A DNA stretch of 64,000 nucleotides, taken from positions 59,306,641-59,370,640 of the forward strand of contig NC_068994.1 in NCBI RefSeq assembly GCF_001194135.2, given 5' to 3'. Shown here piece after piece: positions 1-12,100 of the stretch (positions are counted from its first letter, which is position 1; every line of letters starts with the position of its first letter). The position numbers were made by a program, and so were the translations under genes. The notes beneath the pieces are model-generated. The model ran no database searches, was not told the DNA's origin, and worked only from the letters and a program-made list of their open reading frames with translations. The DNA is from Octopus bimaculoides (lineage: Eukaryota).

Positions 1-455
1 AAAGAAAAGAATTATTCTCCAGGGAAATTCAATGTGTTGAATTTCCCTGGAGAACATTCTTTTCTTTTGTGGTTTGACCGTTGATGGTCGATTTCTAACG
101 TAAAGGATGGCCACTTAGTGGTCATCCCTTCTCACATGTATGTAATATTTATATAAATATATATTTACTTACATTTATATATATACATATATACATATTT
201 ATATATACATGCATGTATGTGCAGATCTGTATGTTTTATGCATGTATTCTCATGCATACAGTTGCATATCTAGACATGCTCATATATGTTTAAATGATAA
301 ACTTCTGGGAAGTTTTACAGATTTTTACAGTTCCAGTGTTGGATTGGATCTGTAGTCTTCGAATTAACCTTCTAATTTTGAGAAACCTAATTTCTCAAGA
401 TTGGTATTTAGGCAGTGTGTTACATATCCCAGGGCCCCAGTAATTACAGGTATAA
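1..455 (-). mobile_element. 3' end of an RLE-type non-LTR retrotransposon (R4/Dong/NeSL-like): ORF C-terminus plus structured 3' UTR
   Basis: Minus strand from about 455 reads YQIQFIPVITGALGYVTHCLNTNLEKLGFSK, then after a frameshift LIRRLQIQSNTGTVKICKTSQKFII*. The 'IPV.TGALG' block is typical of RLE ORF ends. Hairpins at 15-54 and 105-127. Confidence 0.6.
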
Positions 456-518
456 ACTGAATTTGATATGACTGTTTTAATATAAAATTATCTTAGAATA
501 ATTCTTAGTATTTTCCAG

Positions 519-3041
519 CGTCTGACTCTGGACTCCATGTCCAGTTGTGGTTTTGGTTTCAATACATCTGCCATTCAAAATCCCAATGATGTCTTTCTCA
601 AGAACTGCCGCCAAGTTCTTTATAATACAACCAGACCAAATCTTTTTTTCCTCATAGGTTGTAAGTATGACAGAATTACTTCAAAAAAACATCTTTGAAA
701 TGATCTTTTCTTTAATAAGGGTTTTAAATTTTGGCACAAGGCTAGCAATTTTGGGGGAAAGGGTGAGTCGATTACATCAATCCCCACTACACAACTGGTA
801 CTTGTTTTAATGACCCCAAAAGGATGAGAGGGAAATTGATATATACTAGCAGTATAACCCGACCTTGTCCGGGTGTGATTTATTATGCCATCTACGATAA
901 GTCTTGCTAGCTGAAAATTAACTAAAAAAGAAAGCCTTACAACGAAAAAACCCTTATGATATAAATATGTTCATAATTCAAAAGACGATGAAATTAATAT
1001 ATATATATACACACACGTGTGTATATAGATAGATAGATAGATAGATATATAGATACGTGTCTGTGTGTATACACACTTGTGTATATTTGTCTCGCAAATG
1101 AACATGTATTTTTATTATTTTGCTTAAATTGTCTGTTCTTCAGTTCTTTTCCCCAGCACTGATAAATTCCTCGTCAGGCTTGCTCGTCTAAGAGACTACA
1201 TTTTTGGTAATCCTGTCTTTTGGTTGGAGAAACAATTTGAAAAAATTATTGCAATGAGAAAAAAATTTGATTCTGTAAGTTTTTATTTTACTATTGGACT
1301 GGCTAGCTTTTTTGTTTCTTTTGCTTTTTGTTTTGTTTTTTTCTCTTTTTGTCCCCCAATAAGCTGTATGTTTAACAAGTTTGCTTCCCAACCAAATGGG
1401 TTCAAGTTCAATCCAGTTGCATGTTCTATGAACATACATTATAATATATAATTATATATAATATTACAATTGTATTATACATCATAAGTGAAGGCACATA
1501 TCTTAGTGGTTAGGTGTGTTGCATTCATGACTGTGAGATTGTGGTTTCAATTCCCAGACCAGCTATGCTTTGTGTGTTTGAGTTGCTCCAGTCCACTCAG
1601 CTGTAAATGGGTCACCCCTGCAATGGATTAGACATTCTGATCAGGGGGAACGGACATTGGCCTGCTCGCCTAACCAGTGGGTTGGCTTCATTCAAAAACT
1701 AAAACAATGCAAAGCGCATTGTGACCAGTGATGCATAACAACTTGTAATAGTATGGCCAATCACTTGATCACATGATAATATACATTATTACAATTATCA
1801 TATCCATTATATAGCCATTCAATAGCTTATTATTTATTGTAGGTGCCACGCATGGATTTACTTCATATGATGATTGAGGCTAATAAACTGACCCATTCCG
1901 AAGAGTCTCTCCACGTCCCAGAGACTCCAACACAAAACATTCCGGAATCAAAATACAAATATGCAAAACTCTCTTTATTGGTAAGTTTTTACAGACTTCT
2001 ATGCTCTATAAATTCTAAGAAACAATGCAAAAAAATATATTCCACAAAAACCAATTCTAAAGACAGTATTGTACAAACATCCAATAATTAATATCAATAC
2101 CTTGTAAGGCAACAAGCAGACAAGATTGTTGGCAGATGGGGAAAATATTTAGCAGGATTGCTTTTGTCTTTATGTTCTAAGTTCAAACTCTGCTGAGGTC
2201 GATTTTACTTTTCATCTTTTCGGGATCCATAGAATAAGGACCAGTCATGTACTGGGGTTGATTAGATTGACTTAATCCTTACCCTGGAATTGATAGCTTT
2301 GTGTCAAAATTTGAAATCATTGTTAATATCTTGTAATGGTCTAGTGGTTAGGGTTTAGGATCAGAAGGTCATAGGTTCAATTCCTGAATGACACCCATGA
2401 AATTGTAATTATGGCCGTTGCCGGTAGCATGATCTTCGAAATGATCCTTGAATGTTGGGCCTCACGGAGGCGAGGAACGAGGTGGTGAAGCATGATCTCA
2501 GAATGCTGAGCCTCGGTGAGGTGATGACAAGTGACCAAGACTTTGGAGATATGCTGTGCTTGAGAAGACTCATCGAGCCAAGTGAAACCAAAGTCATGAC
2601 CATTGCCAGTGTCATGTAAAAGGTACTCAGGCCAGTGGCACATAAAAAGCACCCATTACTCTCTCTCTGAGTGGTTGGCATGTTAGGAAGGGCATCCAGC
2701 TGTAGAAACCAAGCCAAATCAGACTGGAACCTGGTGCAGCTCTCCATTTTACCAGTTCCAGTGAAACTGTCCAACCCATGTCAGCATGGAAAGCAGACAT
2801 TAAAAGATGACGATGAGAATGTTACTACCAATTTTGCACCGACAATTGCATTTAGTAATATTAGAGACTCTTTGAAGTTGGTGGCTGGAAGCACACAACC
2901 TCTTTTATTCAGGAGGTATATATGGTCTGTGTTGGGAAAAAGAACTGGAACCAGAATGTGGTAAAAAGTTATCACATTTTCCAGGTGGGAAAAAAAGTTG
3001 CTTCCCTTGGATCAATGTCGACCGTGGCTGAAGCCTGCCAG

Positions 3042-3073
<32 letters not shown>

Positions 3074-5627
3074 ATGCGTGCACGCACACACACGTCTGTT
3101 GTTCTCTAGTCTGAAAATGGATGACTACATTGCCAGAATGGGTTTCCATTCGTGAGGGCAGCATTCAACCATTTCACTTTTTGAGTTCAGGAAAGCATCT
3201 GGATCATGTGAATTTTTTAGAGTGATTCTCCTCTGTCAAACAAAGCTTGCAGCACCTACTTCCATGCAGATATGGTCCAGGCCATTACAGCAGTTTTCAG
3301 TTGATATCATACATTTTTCTTTGCTTTATAAGTCACCATATATAGCTGGCTAACGTTGCAATGTCATATCTCACCCTTGGTTTCTAAAAGACCAGTGATT
3401 ATTGATGGTTATGACAGAGAGGAGAATCACGCTAAGAAATTCACTTGATCCAAAACTCAAAAAGAGAGATAATTGAATGCTGCCCTCATGAATGGAAATT
3501 CATTTTGGTAACGTAGTCATCCCTATTTTCAGACTAGAGAACACCAGACATATATGTGTGTGTGCACACACACACACACACCTTAAAAGAGACCTCTATT
3601 GTCTCAACATATTTCTTTATGCGTGACCCTCCATTCTTCAAAAAGCCAAAAATTTTGATGCTGTCCTCATGAAAGAAAATTCACTCTGGCAATGTGGTCA
3701 TTCCCTTTTTCAGTCTAGAGAATGGAAAATGTGTACATGCCAAGCTGATACCCTTTGACCACAGCTTATATCATCCCATGGGAGATTACTCTTTTTCCCT
3801 TTCTGGAAAATGTTATAACTTTACATCACTTTTTTGTTCTGCTTTTTATCACCACCACAGAAAACAGGACTGTCTGTTTACCTTGAGCATAAAAGAGGCA
3901 TTGAGCTTCTGGTAAGCATACCCGAAGGGTTGTCAATATTGCCATAACCAGTAATAGACTTCTCAACAAGTTTAATCCTAGAGTAGGGCTCAGCTGGATT
4001 CATATCAAAAGATATTTTCAAGATATCTAACAATCTTATAAGCTGAGCTTGTATTGAAATAATTCTTGGTGGTTATATTCTGCTGTTCCATAAGTAACAT
4101 CATCATCATGTCATTTGAGATTTGCATGTTTATAACTTTGGATATTCAAATAAAACAGAAACAGAAGGAAAATATATTGAAGTTGTTATAAGAATTATGT
4201 GAAATAATATATTTTAGGAACTACGTTCACAATGTTTTTTATTCCTGATGGCTGGCTATGAGACAACTGCAACAACACTTATTTACACAGCTTATGAACT
4301 GGCTTATAACCAAGAAATACAATCCAAGCTCTATGATGAGATTATAGAATGTTTCCCAAATAAGGTATTTTATTTTTTTATTTCTTTCTTTCTATAAACA
4401 TCAGCATTTTGTTTTTGTGTTTGGTTTGCAAGATTCTTCATGTGAACTCATATGTTGTAACATATCTTGTATCTTGGGAGTGTCATTATGCCAAGGATAA
4501 ATACATGCACTGGTTCTATTTCACTTTTTCACTGAGCCTTATGGAGGAGATGACACAAGACAGATATATACCACATCACTGCACTCGAGAAGACCCATCC
4601 ACCACAACAGAATTGATATCCTAAAGCCATGGTGCCACATAAAGAGCACTGGAGCTTGCGCCATTTAAAAAGCACTGGTGATGGTGCCATGTAAGAACCA
4701 CCCAGTACACTCTGTAAAGTGGTTGGCACTAGGAAGGGCATCCAACTGTAGAAGCCGTGCCAAAACAGACTATGGAACCTCGTGCAGCTCTCTAGCCTTG
4801 CTAGTTTCTGTCAAGCCGTCCAACCCATGCCAGCGAGGAAAATGGACATTAAATGATGATGATGTAATGCTTCCTTTCTTTTTTTCTGCTGCACAGGATG
4901 ATGAAATCACCTATGACATTGTAAATAAAATGGAATATCTTGACAAAGTTTGGTGTGAAACTCTCCGTAAATATCCACTTGCAAGCACGTAAGAATCATC
5001 ACTCTAATTATATTATTCTTTAATTAAGAATGTGAAAATTTTAATTAAAAACAAAAATTTGCTTTCAAATGTTAGAGGAAGACACTTTGTAACTTTTGCT
5101 AATTAAAAATAGAAAATAATCATCACAATTCTATTTAGCCTGTTTATACTACCAAAATTTTATAACGTTAATGAATGACAAATGAACAGGAGTTATGTAA
5201 CCCCCTTCATCAGTTACGAGAAGTGATCATAAGTTTATTCAACCAGGAGTTCCCATGTGATTACAGCTGTTTCATAACTTTCTTCATGCAGTAATTAATT
5301 TCAGTTTGTAAGAAATGACATGCACATTTTTGCATTAATATAAATGCACAGCATAATACCACTGTGTATTCACAAATGAATGCAAGCAATGAAGGCTAAC
5401 TCATCAGATCACTAGAACATTAGGGTTGCATCGGCAGTTTGGCTCCAGGCTATAAGCTGTGTAGTTTCCTCACTCAAGAATTTATTGCCTGTATTTTCTG
5501 TTACACAAACATTTTCCATTACACTACTTTGTGATTGATTACTGCATGGACTGATAGCCAGGTCCATTGGAGGAGCTTACTGTGATAGCCACATGATTCT
5601 CTGAATCCATATTTTATACTATTCCTT

Positions 5628-5662
<35 letters not shown>

Positions 5663-7162
5663 ATCCATAACTCCTTGTGTAGAAATAAATTCCGTATGAA
5701 TGATTTCATTTTGCAGTGTGGTGGCTCGACAAGCAGAGAAATCTTGTAAATTGTCAGAAGATTTGACAATACCTAAAGGCATGATTGTCCAAGCAAATAT
5801 CTGGGCAATCCACTACAATCCAGACGTATGGGGAGCTGACCCACACAAGTTTAACCCAGAAAGGTATTTATACCATTCATTTATTTGTTGCTTGGAATAA
5901 ATTTAATGATTTAATGATAAACTAAATTTGAAGAGAGACACCAAGGTTACAAGAAACTCTTACATGTTTCAAAACGAGTAACAAAGCCCTAATTTTCTAT
6001 CAAAAGTGTTGTGGATATTCACACAACCAACATGGCTGCTCCTGCATAAATTAACATTTTTTGACTGTTTACTTTTAAAGATGAACCTTTGTGCCTGAAA
6101 CACATAAAGGTTATAAATCTTTTTCCTTTTCATTATTTTACCAATTAAATTACTAATTAAAAGCAGCTCTAGGAATGTTAACATTATTGGTCACATTAAC
6201 ATTTTCTTCATAGACCAAATTTGCTGTGGGATAGTGTCAGATCAAGTTCACTTGGTGTTGTCTAAGCTTTCCCCATGACACCATCCTGCAGCAAACATGG
6301 TGTATAAACAAAATACAAAACACTATGCATGTGTAACTGATACTATTTGACCGAGTTTCTATATTTGTCATGAATAACTCAATGTTAATAACGTTAGCAG
6401 TGGTGTGTGCTGATGTCTGGCTTTTTCTGATAATAAATTTCTCCTGAATTTCTAAAGCTTTGGATGAAAATGGTTCTGATTTCCAGAGACACTACAAATA
6501 TAGTTTATAGATATGTTTAGAAAAAAGATGACGTTTTCCAAAATTTAATTAAATTTTTAAAATATAAAATATTTGAAGACTAGATGAATTGATCTCTAGT
6601 TTTTTTTTTTTTTTTTTAAATTTTAAACAAAATCAAATTTCAATGTAACATTAAAGAATTGACCCATTTGACGTCAATCCACCTGTGACCATTCCTTCTG
6701 ATTGTCTGATACAATCTTCCTCTTTTAAAGCAATCACATTTAAAACCCTTACATTAAAATTTCATTTAAGCCTCAAATATCAGTTTCTCAATGACAACTA
6801 AATAAATGCAGAATATTTCAACAGAAAAATGGTAAAAAAAAAAAAAAGCTTAAAAAGTTTTTTTTAAAATGATTTACAAACAAAACTAATACCTTCTTTT
6901 TTCTTTTTCGTTTGGTTCTTCCAGATTCATACCAGAATTAGTGGCCTGTCGTCACCCCATGGCATATTTGGCGTTTGGGGCTGGACCCCGTAAATGTATT
7001 GGCATTCAGTTTGCCAAAATGGAAGGCAAAATAGCAATTGTAAAGTTAGTTCAAACATTTCACATGATTCTGTCTGAAAAGCAGGGTCCGTTGGAGACGA
7101 TTGAAGGGGCCACAATAGCCCCTGTAAATGGAGTTTATCTACGACTATCCCAGAGATATTGA
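519..7162 (+). CDS. Cytochrome P450, clan 3 (CYP3-like); 3' seven exons, 5' exons lie upstream of the window
   Basis: Exons 519-660, 1144-1274, 1843-1980, 4218-4364, 4897-4988, 5717-5863, 6925-7162, all AG/GT bounded with matching phases. Motifs: I-helix AGYETT, K-helix ETLR (ExxR), PERF-type FNPERF, heme signature FGAGPRKCIG, stop TGA at 7160-7162. Confidence 0.95.
846..1000 (-). mobile_element. Helitron 3' terminus (non-autonomous remnant)
   Basis: Minus strand ends ...acccggacaaggtcgggt-tatactg-CTAG followed by T: a GC hairpin (857-874) a few bases before CTAG (846-849). The inner boundary is approximate. Confidence 0.55.
2335..2820 (+). mobile_element. SINE family A: tRNA-like head, GC-rich body, RTE-like 3' tail ending in (ATG)n-like sequence
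   Basis: A-box-like tggtctagtggttagg and B-box-like ggttcaattcc near 2338-2385; tail gtggttggcatgttaggaagggcatccagctgtagaaac...aacccatgtcagcatggaaa...taaaagatgacgatga. Similar tails at approx. 4620-4863, 13630-13835, 16755-16940, 19748-19975, 22305-22600, 41700-42095, 53590-53793 (+) and 30860-30975, 36935-37062, 43500-43640, 59700-59900 (-). Confidence 0.8.
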
Positions 7163-7301
7163 TCAGGAGTGAAGGAGAAAAAAACATTTTTTAAAGAGGA
7201 TTTTATGTGATAGAAAAACCAAACCAAAAGACTGACATCCTGATGCGTAAAGAAAAAAAACCCAGTGATCTTTCTTCCATATTTAATAATTATTATCATT
7301 A

Positions 7302-7495
7302 AGGCGGCAGTATCGTTAGTACGCTGGGCAAAATGCTTAGTAGTATTTCACTGGTGCTACGTTCTGAGTTCAAATTCCGCCGAGGTCGACTTTACCTTTC
7401 ATCCTTTTGGGGTTGATAAATTGAGTACCAGCGAAACACTGGGGTTGATCTAATCGACTGTTCCCTCCCCCAAAATTTCAGGCTTTGTGCCTTTA
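7302..7495 (+). mobile_element. SINE family B (tRNA-derived)
   Basis: Recurrent unit aaatgcttag...ttctgagttcaaattccgccgaggtcgacttt...tttcatcct...gataaa...agtaccag...gccttgtgcc. Other copies at approx. 29600-29825, 31515-31680, 40408-40622 (+) and 21805-22015, 38953-39163, 46180-46312, 62325-62525 (-). Confidence 0.8.
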
Positions 7496-8866
7496 TTATG
7501 GTTAATCCAAAACACCATTTGACAAGTCATCTTTTTTGCTTTTGTTGTTTATTTGGCCGTCTTTCTTATGTAAATAGATTTTCCATTGTTTTCACTGACA
7601 GATATTTGATCAACTGAACCATCAAATGTGTATGTGGCTGAGTACTCCACAGACACATCGATCCTTAATGTAATCAATTCTCAAATACAATCAACATGAC
7701 ATAAAGCTGTCCCTTTAAATTACAGATATTGCCCCTCTGGTGGGCTTCCTCACAGTTTCCATCTCCCCATTTTCACCCACCAGGTTTCGATTGATGCAAA
7801 ACTGTGGTAAAAGACAATTGCCAAAAACGCCATGCAGTAGGACTGAACCTGTGACCTTAACCACTCAGCCAAACTAGAGATACTTGTTTTGTTGTTGTTG
7901 TTGTTAGATCCAGGACTTGAAACAATAGACTCCCAATGAAGAATCATAAACATTCTACAATTTATCAAAAATATATTCTATGAATCAACAACTCCGGAAA
8001 TAAATTTAAAACAAAAAAAAACCAATAACTTATTTTAATATTATAATATAGTTGTTATTCTTTATCATATTGAAATTGTCATCAGGATCATTAATTATCA
8101 CACCCTAATTATAAAAAGAGTGTTCAAATTTAATAATTCATTCTGCTAAAGGCACAAGGCCATCAATTTTGAGGAGGAGGAGGACCATCTGTTGTTACAC
8201 AGACCATTTTTATTGCCTCCAAAAGGATGAAGGGAAAACTTGACTTCAAACCGTGAAGGACGAGAAGAAATGCTACGAAAACATATTTGTTCAGTTTACA
8301 GCCTTTAAATCTTAATAATTGGATCTAATACTGACACGAGGCTGGTAATTCCAGAGGTGGGAGGGATTAGTGTAAACTATTGATCCCCCAATATTTCACT
8401 GGTATTTTATTCTTAACAAGCTGGCAGAAGTGTTAGCATTACAGACAAAATGCTTAGCAGCATATATCATCCTTTCTTTATGGCCTGAGTTCAACTTTCG
8501 GGGTCAATAAAACAGATACCAGTAAGACACTGAGATTGATGCAATCGATTCACCCCTTGCTGGAAAGACAAAAGCAAAGTTGACCTTCGTGCCAAATAAA
8601 CTAACAGTGTGAAGGGACCTTTCTAAATACTACAAGGCAATTTGTCTGACACTCAAAAAGGCTTCCATTCATTATTCTAACATACACAAAAAAAAAACTA
8701 AGAAAACAAGTTATTTTGCAAAAGCCAAACGACAATAGTTTGATCAAAATACAAAGAAATAGAAATAACAATGACATTCAACCAACGTAATTTTGTTAAA
8801 AATGTTCCCCCTCATTCTTTATTTCACTTCTTTCTCTTTGAGCTCAGTCTTTATTGNNNNNNNNNN

Positions 8867-8935
<69 letters not shown>
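8867..8935. repeat. (CA)n microsatellite next to a 10-N gap
   Basis: Direct reading. Confidence 0.95.
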
Positions 8936-9176
8936 ACCCACAGGGTGATATGCAGCTGCTGCCTGCAGTGGGCAGTCATCAACATCACAATTATCTGACA
9001 GCTCTCCTCAAAAGTCATTGAAAAGGAATGCATATTCCAGCCATTTGTATAAAAGATGATGCCTAGATACCAAAATAAATATCTTTCAAAGTAGTTGAAT
9101 TACTCTGATTCCTTGATTGACACTCTTGGAGCAACAGCTGAGGTAGATAGAATTTACCAAGCTAAAATATGGGTTT

Positions 9177-12100
9177 TCAAGGAATTTCTTGAACATGTAT
9201 AGTCTGTACTGGAATCTCAGGTGAAGTTGCGGCTATCAACCTGTGCTCTACATGGCCATTTCTTTGATGTCCGTATTCAAATTTTATTCGTAATTCTCCA
9301 ATGTGAGATTTTGGTAGAATGTCAGGAATCCATTCAATGATAAAAGGAGTAGGATCTTTCTGGTCCACACTAGTGTTACCTGAAGAACAAAATAAAATCA
9401 TCAGGTGTTTGTGTGCTCTTCAAGTTGTACAATCAACACAACGGAAATCTAAAATGTGTAAAAGGTAAATGTTTGTGTGAGAGTAAAGCCGATTTCTTAA
9501 TTTCAATCTAATTTTTTCTTTTTATTTTATTTGTTTCAGTCATTAGACTGTGGCCATGCTGGGGTACTGCCTTGAAAAACTTTTGGCCAGATGAATTGAC
9601 CTCAGTACTTGTTCTTATTTTATCGGCACCACTAAAGTTATTGGAACATAAACGCACCAACACCAGCTGTCAAGTGGTGGTGGGGACAAACACATACAAA
9701 TATATATATATATATAAATAATTTTAATTAGAGGTTAAAATAGCCTCATTAAGGGATAAAAATATCCAATGAATTACTGGTTCATTGCCTATTATTTTTT
9801 TGTGAATAGTGATATTCCTAAAATAGCATGTCTAAGTATAAATCTTGGTTAATAAATATTAAAATTCAGAAAATGGAGATGTAGCATTAATATAATTTAT
9901 TAACTGCAAAAATCCAACATGTATATATTTATTTATGACAGGCTTCTTTCAGTTTCCATCTATCAAATACACTCACAGGGGTTTGGTTAGCCTGAGACTA
10001 TAGTAGAAAAGACTTGCCAAAGGTGTCTCACAGTGGGACTGAACCTGGAACCATGTGCTTGGGAGACAAACTTCTTACCACTCAGCCACTCCGAATTCCT
10101 ATTGCATTTTAAATTTGACAAAGACTTTCAAGCTGACCCCTCCACTATTTCCTTAACATAAAATATTGCAAAACTCTAGTAAAATCAATTTCCACTGGTG
10201 CTAGCAGTGATAGTTATACTTATTTTATTATCATTCAAAAAAAAAAAAAAAAAAAAATCTAATGAAATTTATTCCTGGTAAGATTTTTCCAAAATCTCAA
10301 AACTTACCAACTTTTAAAAAAGTTTTCAACTCAAATGGCCGGATTGGTGTTTGATGTTTGCTTTTATAAGTGTCATCAATGCTTTCAACTTGTACTTTGG
10401 GGACTTCATATAAATCATATGTCCCGTCACGATTTTCAACAAAGTTCCGAGTAATTTCTAATGGCATCTACAAAATGAAAAAGAAAATTTTTAATTTATT
10501 ATCCATGTGACTTCTACTTAAAAGGTTTCGTTTTCTTTTTTTTTTTGTCTTTTACAATTTCAGCAAACAAACTGTATCCATGCCATCAATATATTTTCCA
10601 TTTTTTTTAACCCATTAGCATTCAAATTACTCAATCAAATCTTATGCTTATCTATTCATATTGCTTTAAATTAATCATGCATTATCTCGCAGCATCAAGA
10701 TTTTGATGTAATTGTTTATTTGTAGAATAACATTGTAGGGAAGGTTTGAGGCCAGATCTAGCTGGTTTGAACATATTTATGCTGCAGGGTTAAATATAAA
10801 ATCATATGTCAAAATTTGTTTATTTTAATCTTATATAAAATGAATAAACTCAATAAAATAAACACTTGAAACAGCATTGAATTTAAAAACCCATATTTAA
10901 CATATCTGCCAGTGAAAGGCATGATGCTGTGGCTTTTGTGTGAGAGAAAATCTTTTCACAGACAAGTTGTGTTAAAAATAAAATATATATATCAGAGCAA
11001 GGCAAACATCATCTGAGGAGTGACACACGAGAACATTAGGACATATTTCAGCCTAATTGAATCTTGTCAATAATATTGTGTCTCTATGAAGAGATATTCT
11101 CTCAGACAAAAACTACAGCATCATACCTTTCAATGGTGTATATATGTTAAGTATGATACACAGGTGACTATTTTAATTAAACTAATTTTAGCTAATTTAT
11201 AAGATAAGAGTAAGTCACCACAAATTAGTTTAAGAAAGATAATTAGTTTGTTTAGGTTTCCTAATTAGTGGACAAATGAATCATTTACAATGATGAGAAA
11301 AGTTTCCCAATTACATGATTAGCCTCTACATGGTCATTTCATCTTCTAGAAAGAGCAGTCAAATTGCCCACAAATCACATCCTACAGTTTCAAAAGAAGA
11401 AAACGAGAGAGTGTGTCCAGTGTATTCTCTCTATGTCTAAATAAAAGAAGGGATGGTCACAGCTGGATCGCTTCGATCTCTCAAATCATAGCTGATCTGA
11501 GGCTCAACAATATAAGGTGCACAGAAATAGAAACAATATTTGCTTTCTTGTCCTCCTCTACAGCAAGTCATTCACTTACGTCTGACGTGTCAAATATTTG
11601 TTTCACTTGTAAAATATTGGTGATGTGCCACGTATATTTAGTAAACATTCCGAGAGGAAGAGCATCCTTGCGGACAAAGCCTGTTGTATAGTTTGGTAAA
11701 CGCTTTTTCTTGTTTCCAGAAGAGATTCTTTGCTGTAAACAATCAAAGAATGCCTGAGGTGCATGGAATACTAATGGTTCAGGGCTGCCTGGAAAAACAA
11801 CAGAAAATACTACAGTGAATAAATTTATACAGAATTAACTTTATAAGTAAACACAAGGGTCTAGAATTGGAGGGGGGGAGAAACAAAGTATAATTGATCA
11901 AACTGACCCCAGTTGGAGCAGGGACCAGAATCAGGAGTCAAGACAGAATATAATCAAGCAATCATATTCCTCCACCCCCACCCCTTCAGTTGACCATTAT
12001 TTTATTTCCTTAGGAAGGATGAAAGTCAAAGTCGGCCTTGACAGAATTTAAACATAAAAAGATGCAACTGAAAGGTAGTTTGTGTGGTGCTCTACCGATT

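Noticed and set aside
2335-2395. tRNA-like A/B boxes here and in other SINE heads
   Set aside because: No complete cloverleaf, and each continues into a SINE body; not tRNA genes.
2377-2975. Recurrent short ORFs sharing 'FLQLDALP' or 'LGRASSCRN' peptides across the window
   Set aside because: Translations of the same SINE-A tail, not a gene family or CRISPR-like array; copies are dispersed, diverged and in both orientations.
4218-7162. Possible thromboxane-A synthase (CYP5A1) call
   Set aside because: The I-helix keeps the catalytic Thr (AGYETT) that TBXAS1 lacks; only clan-3 level assignment is supported.
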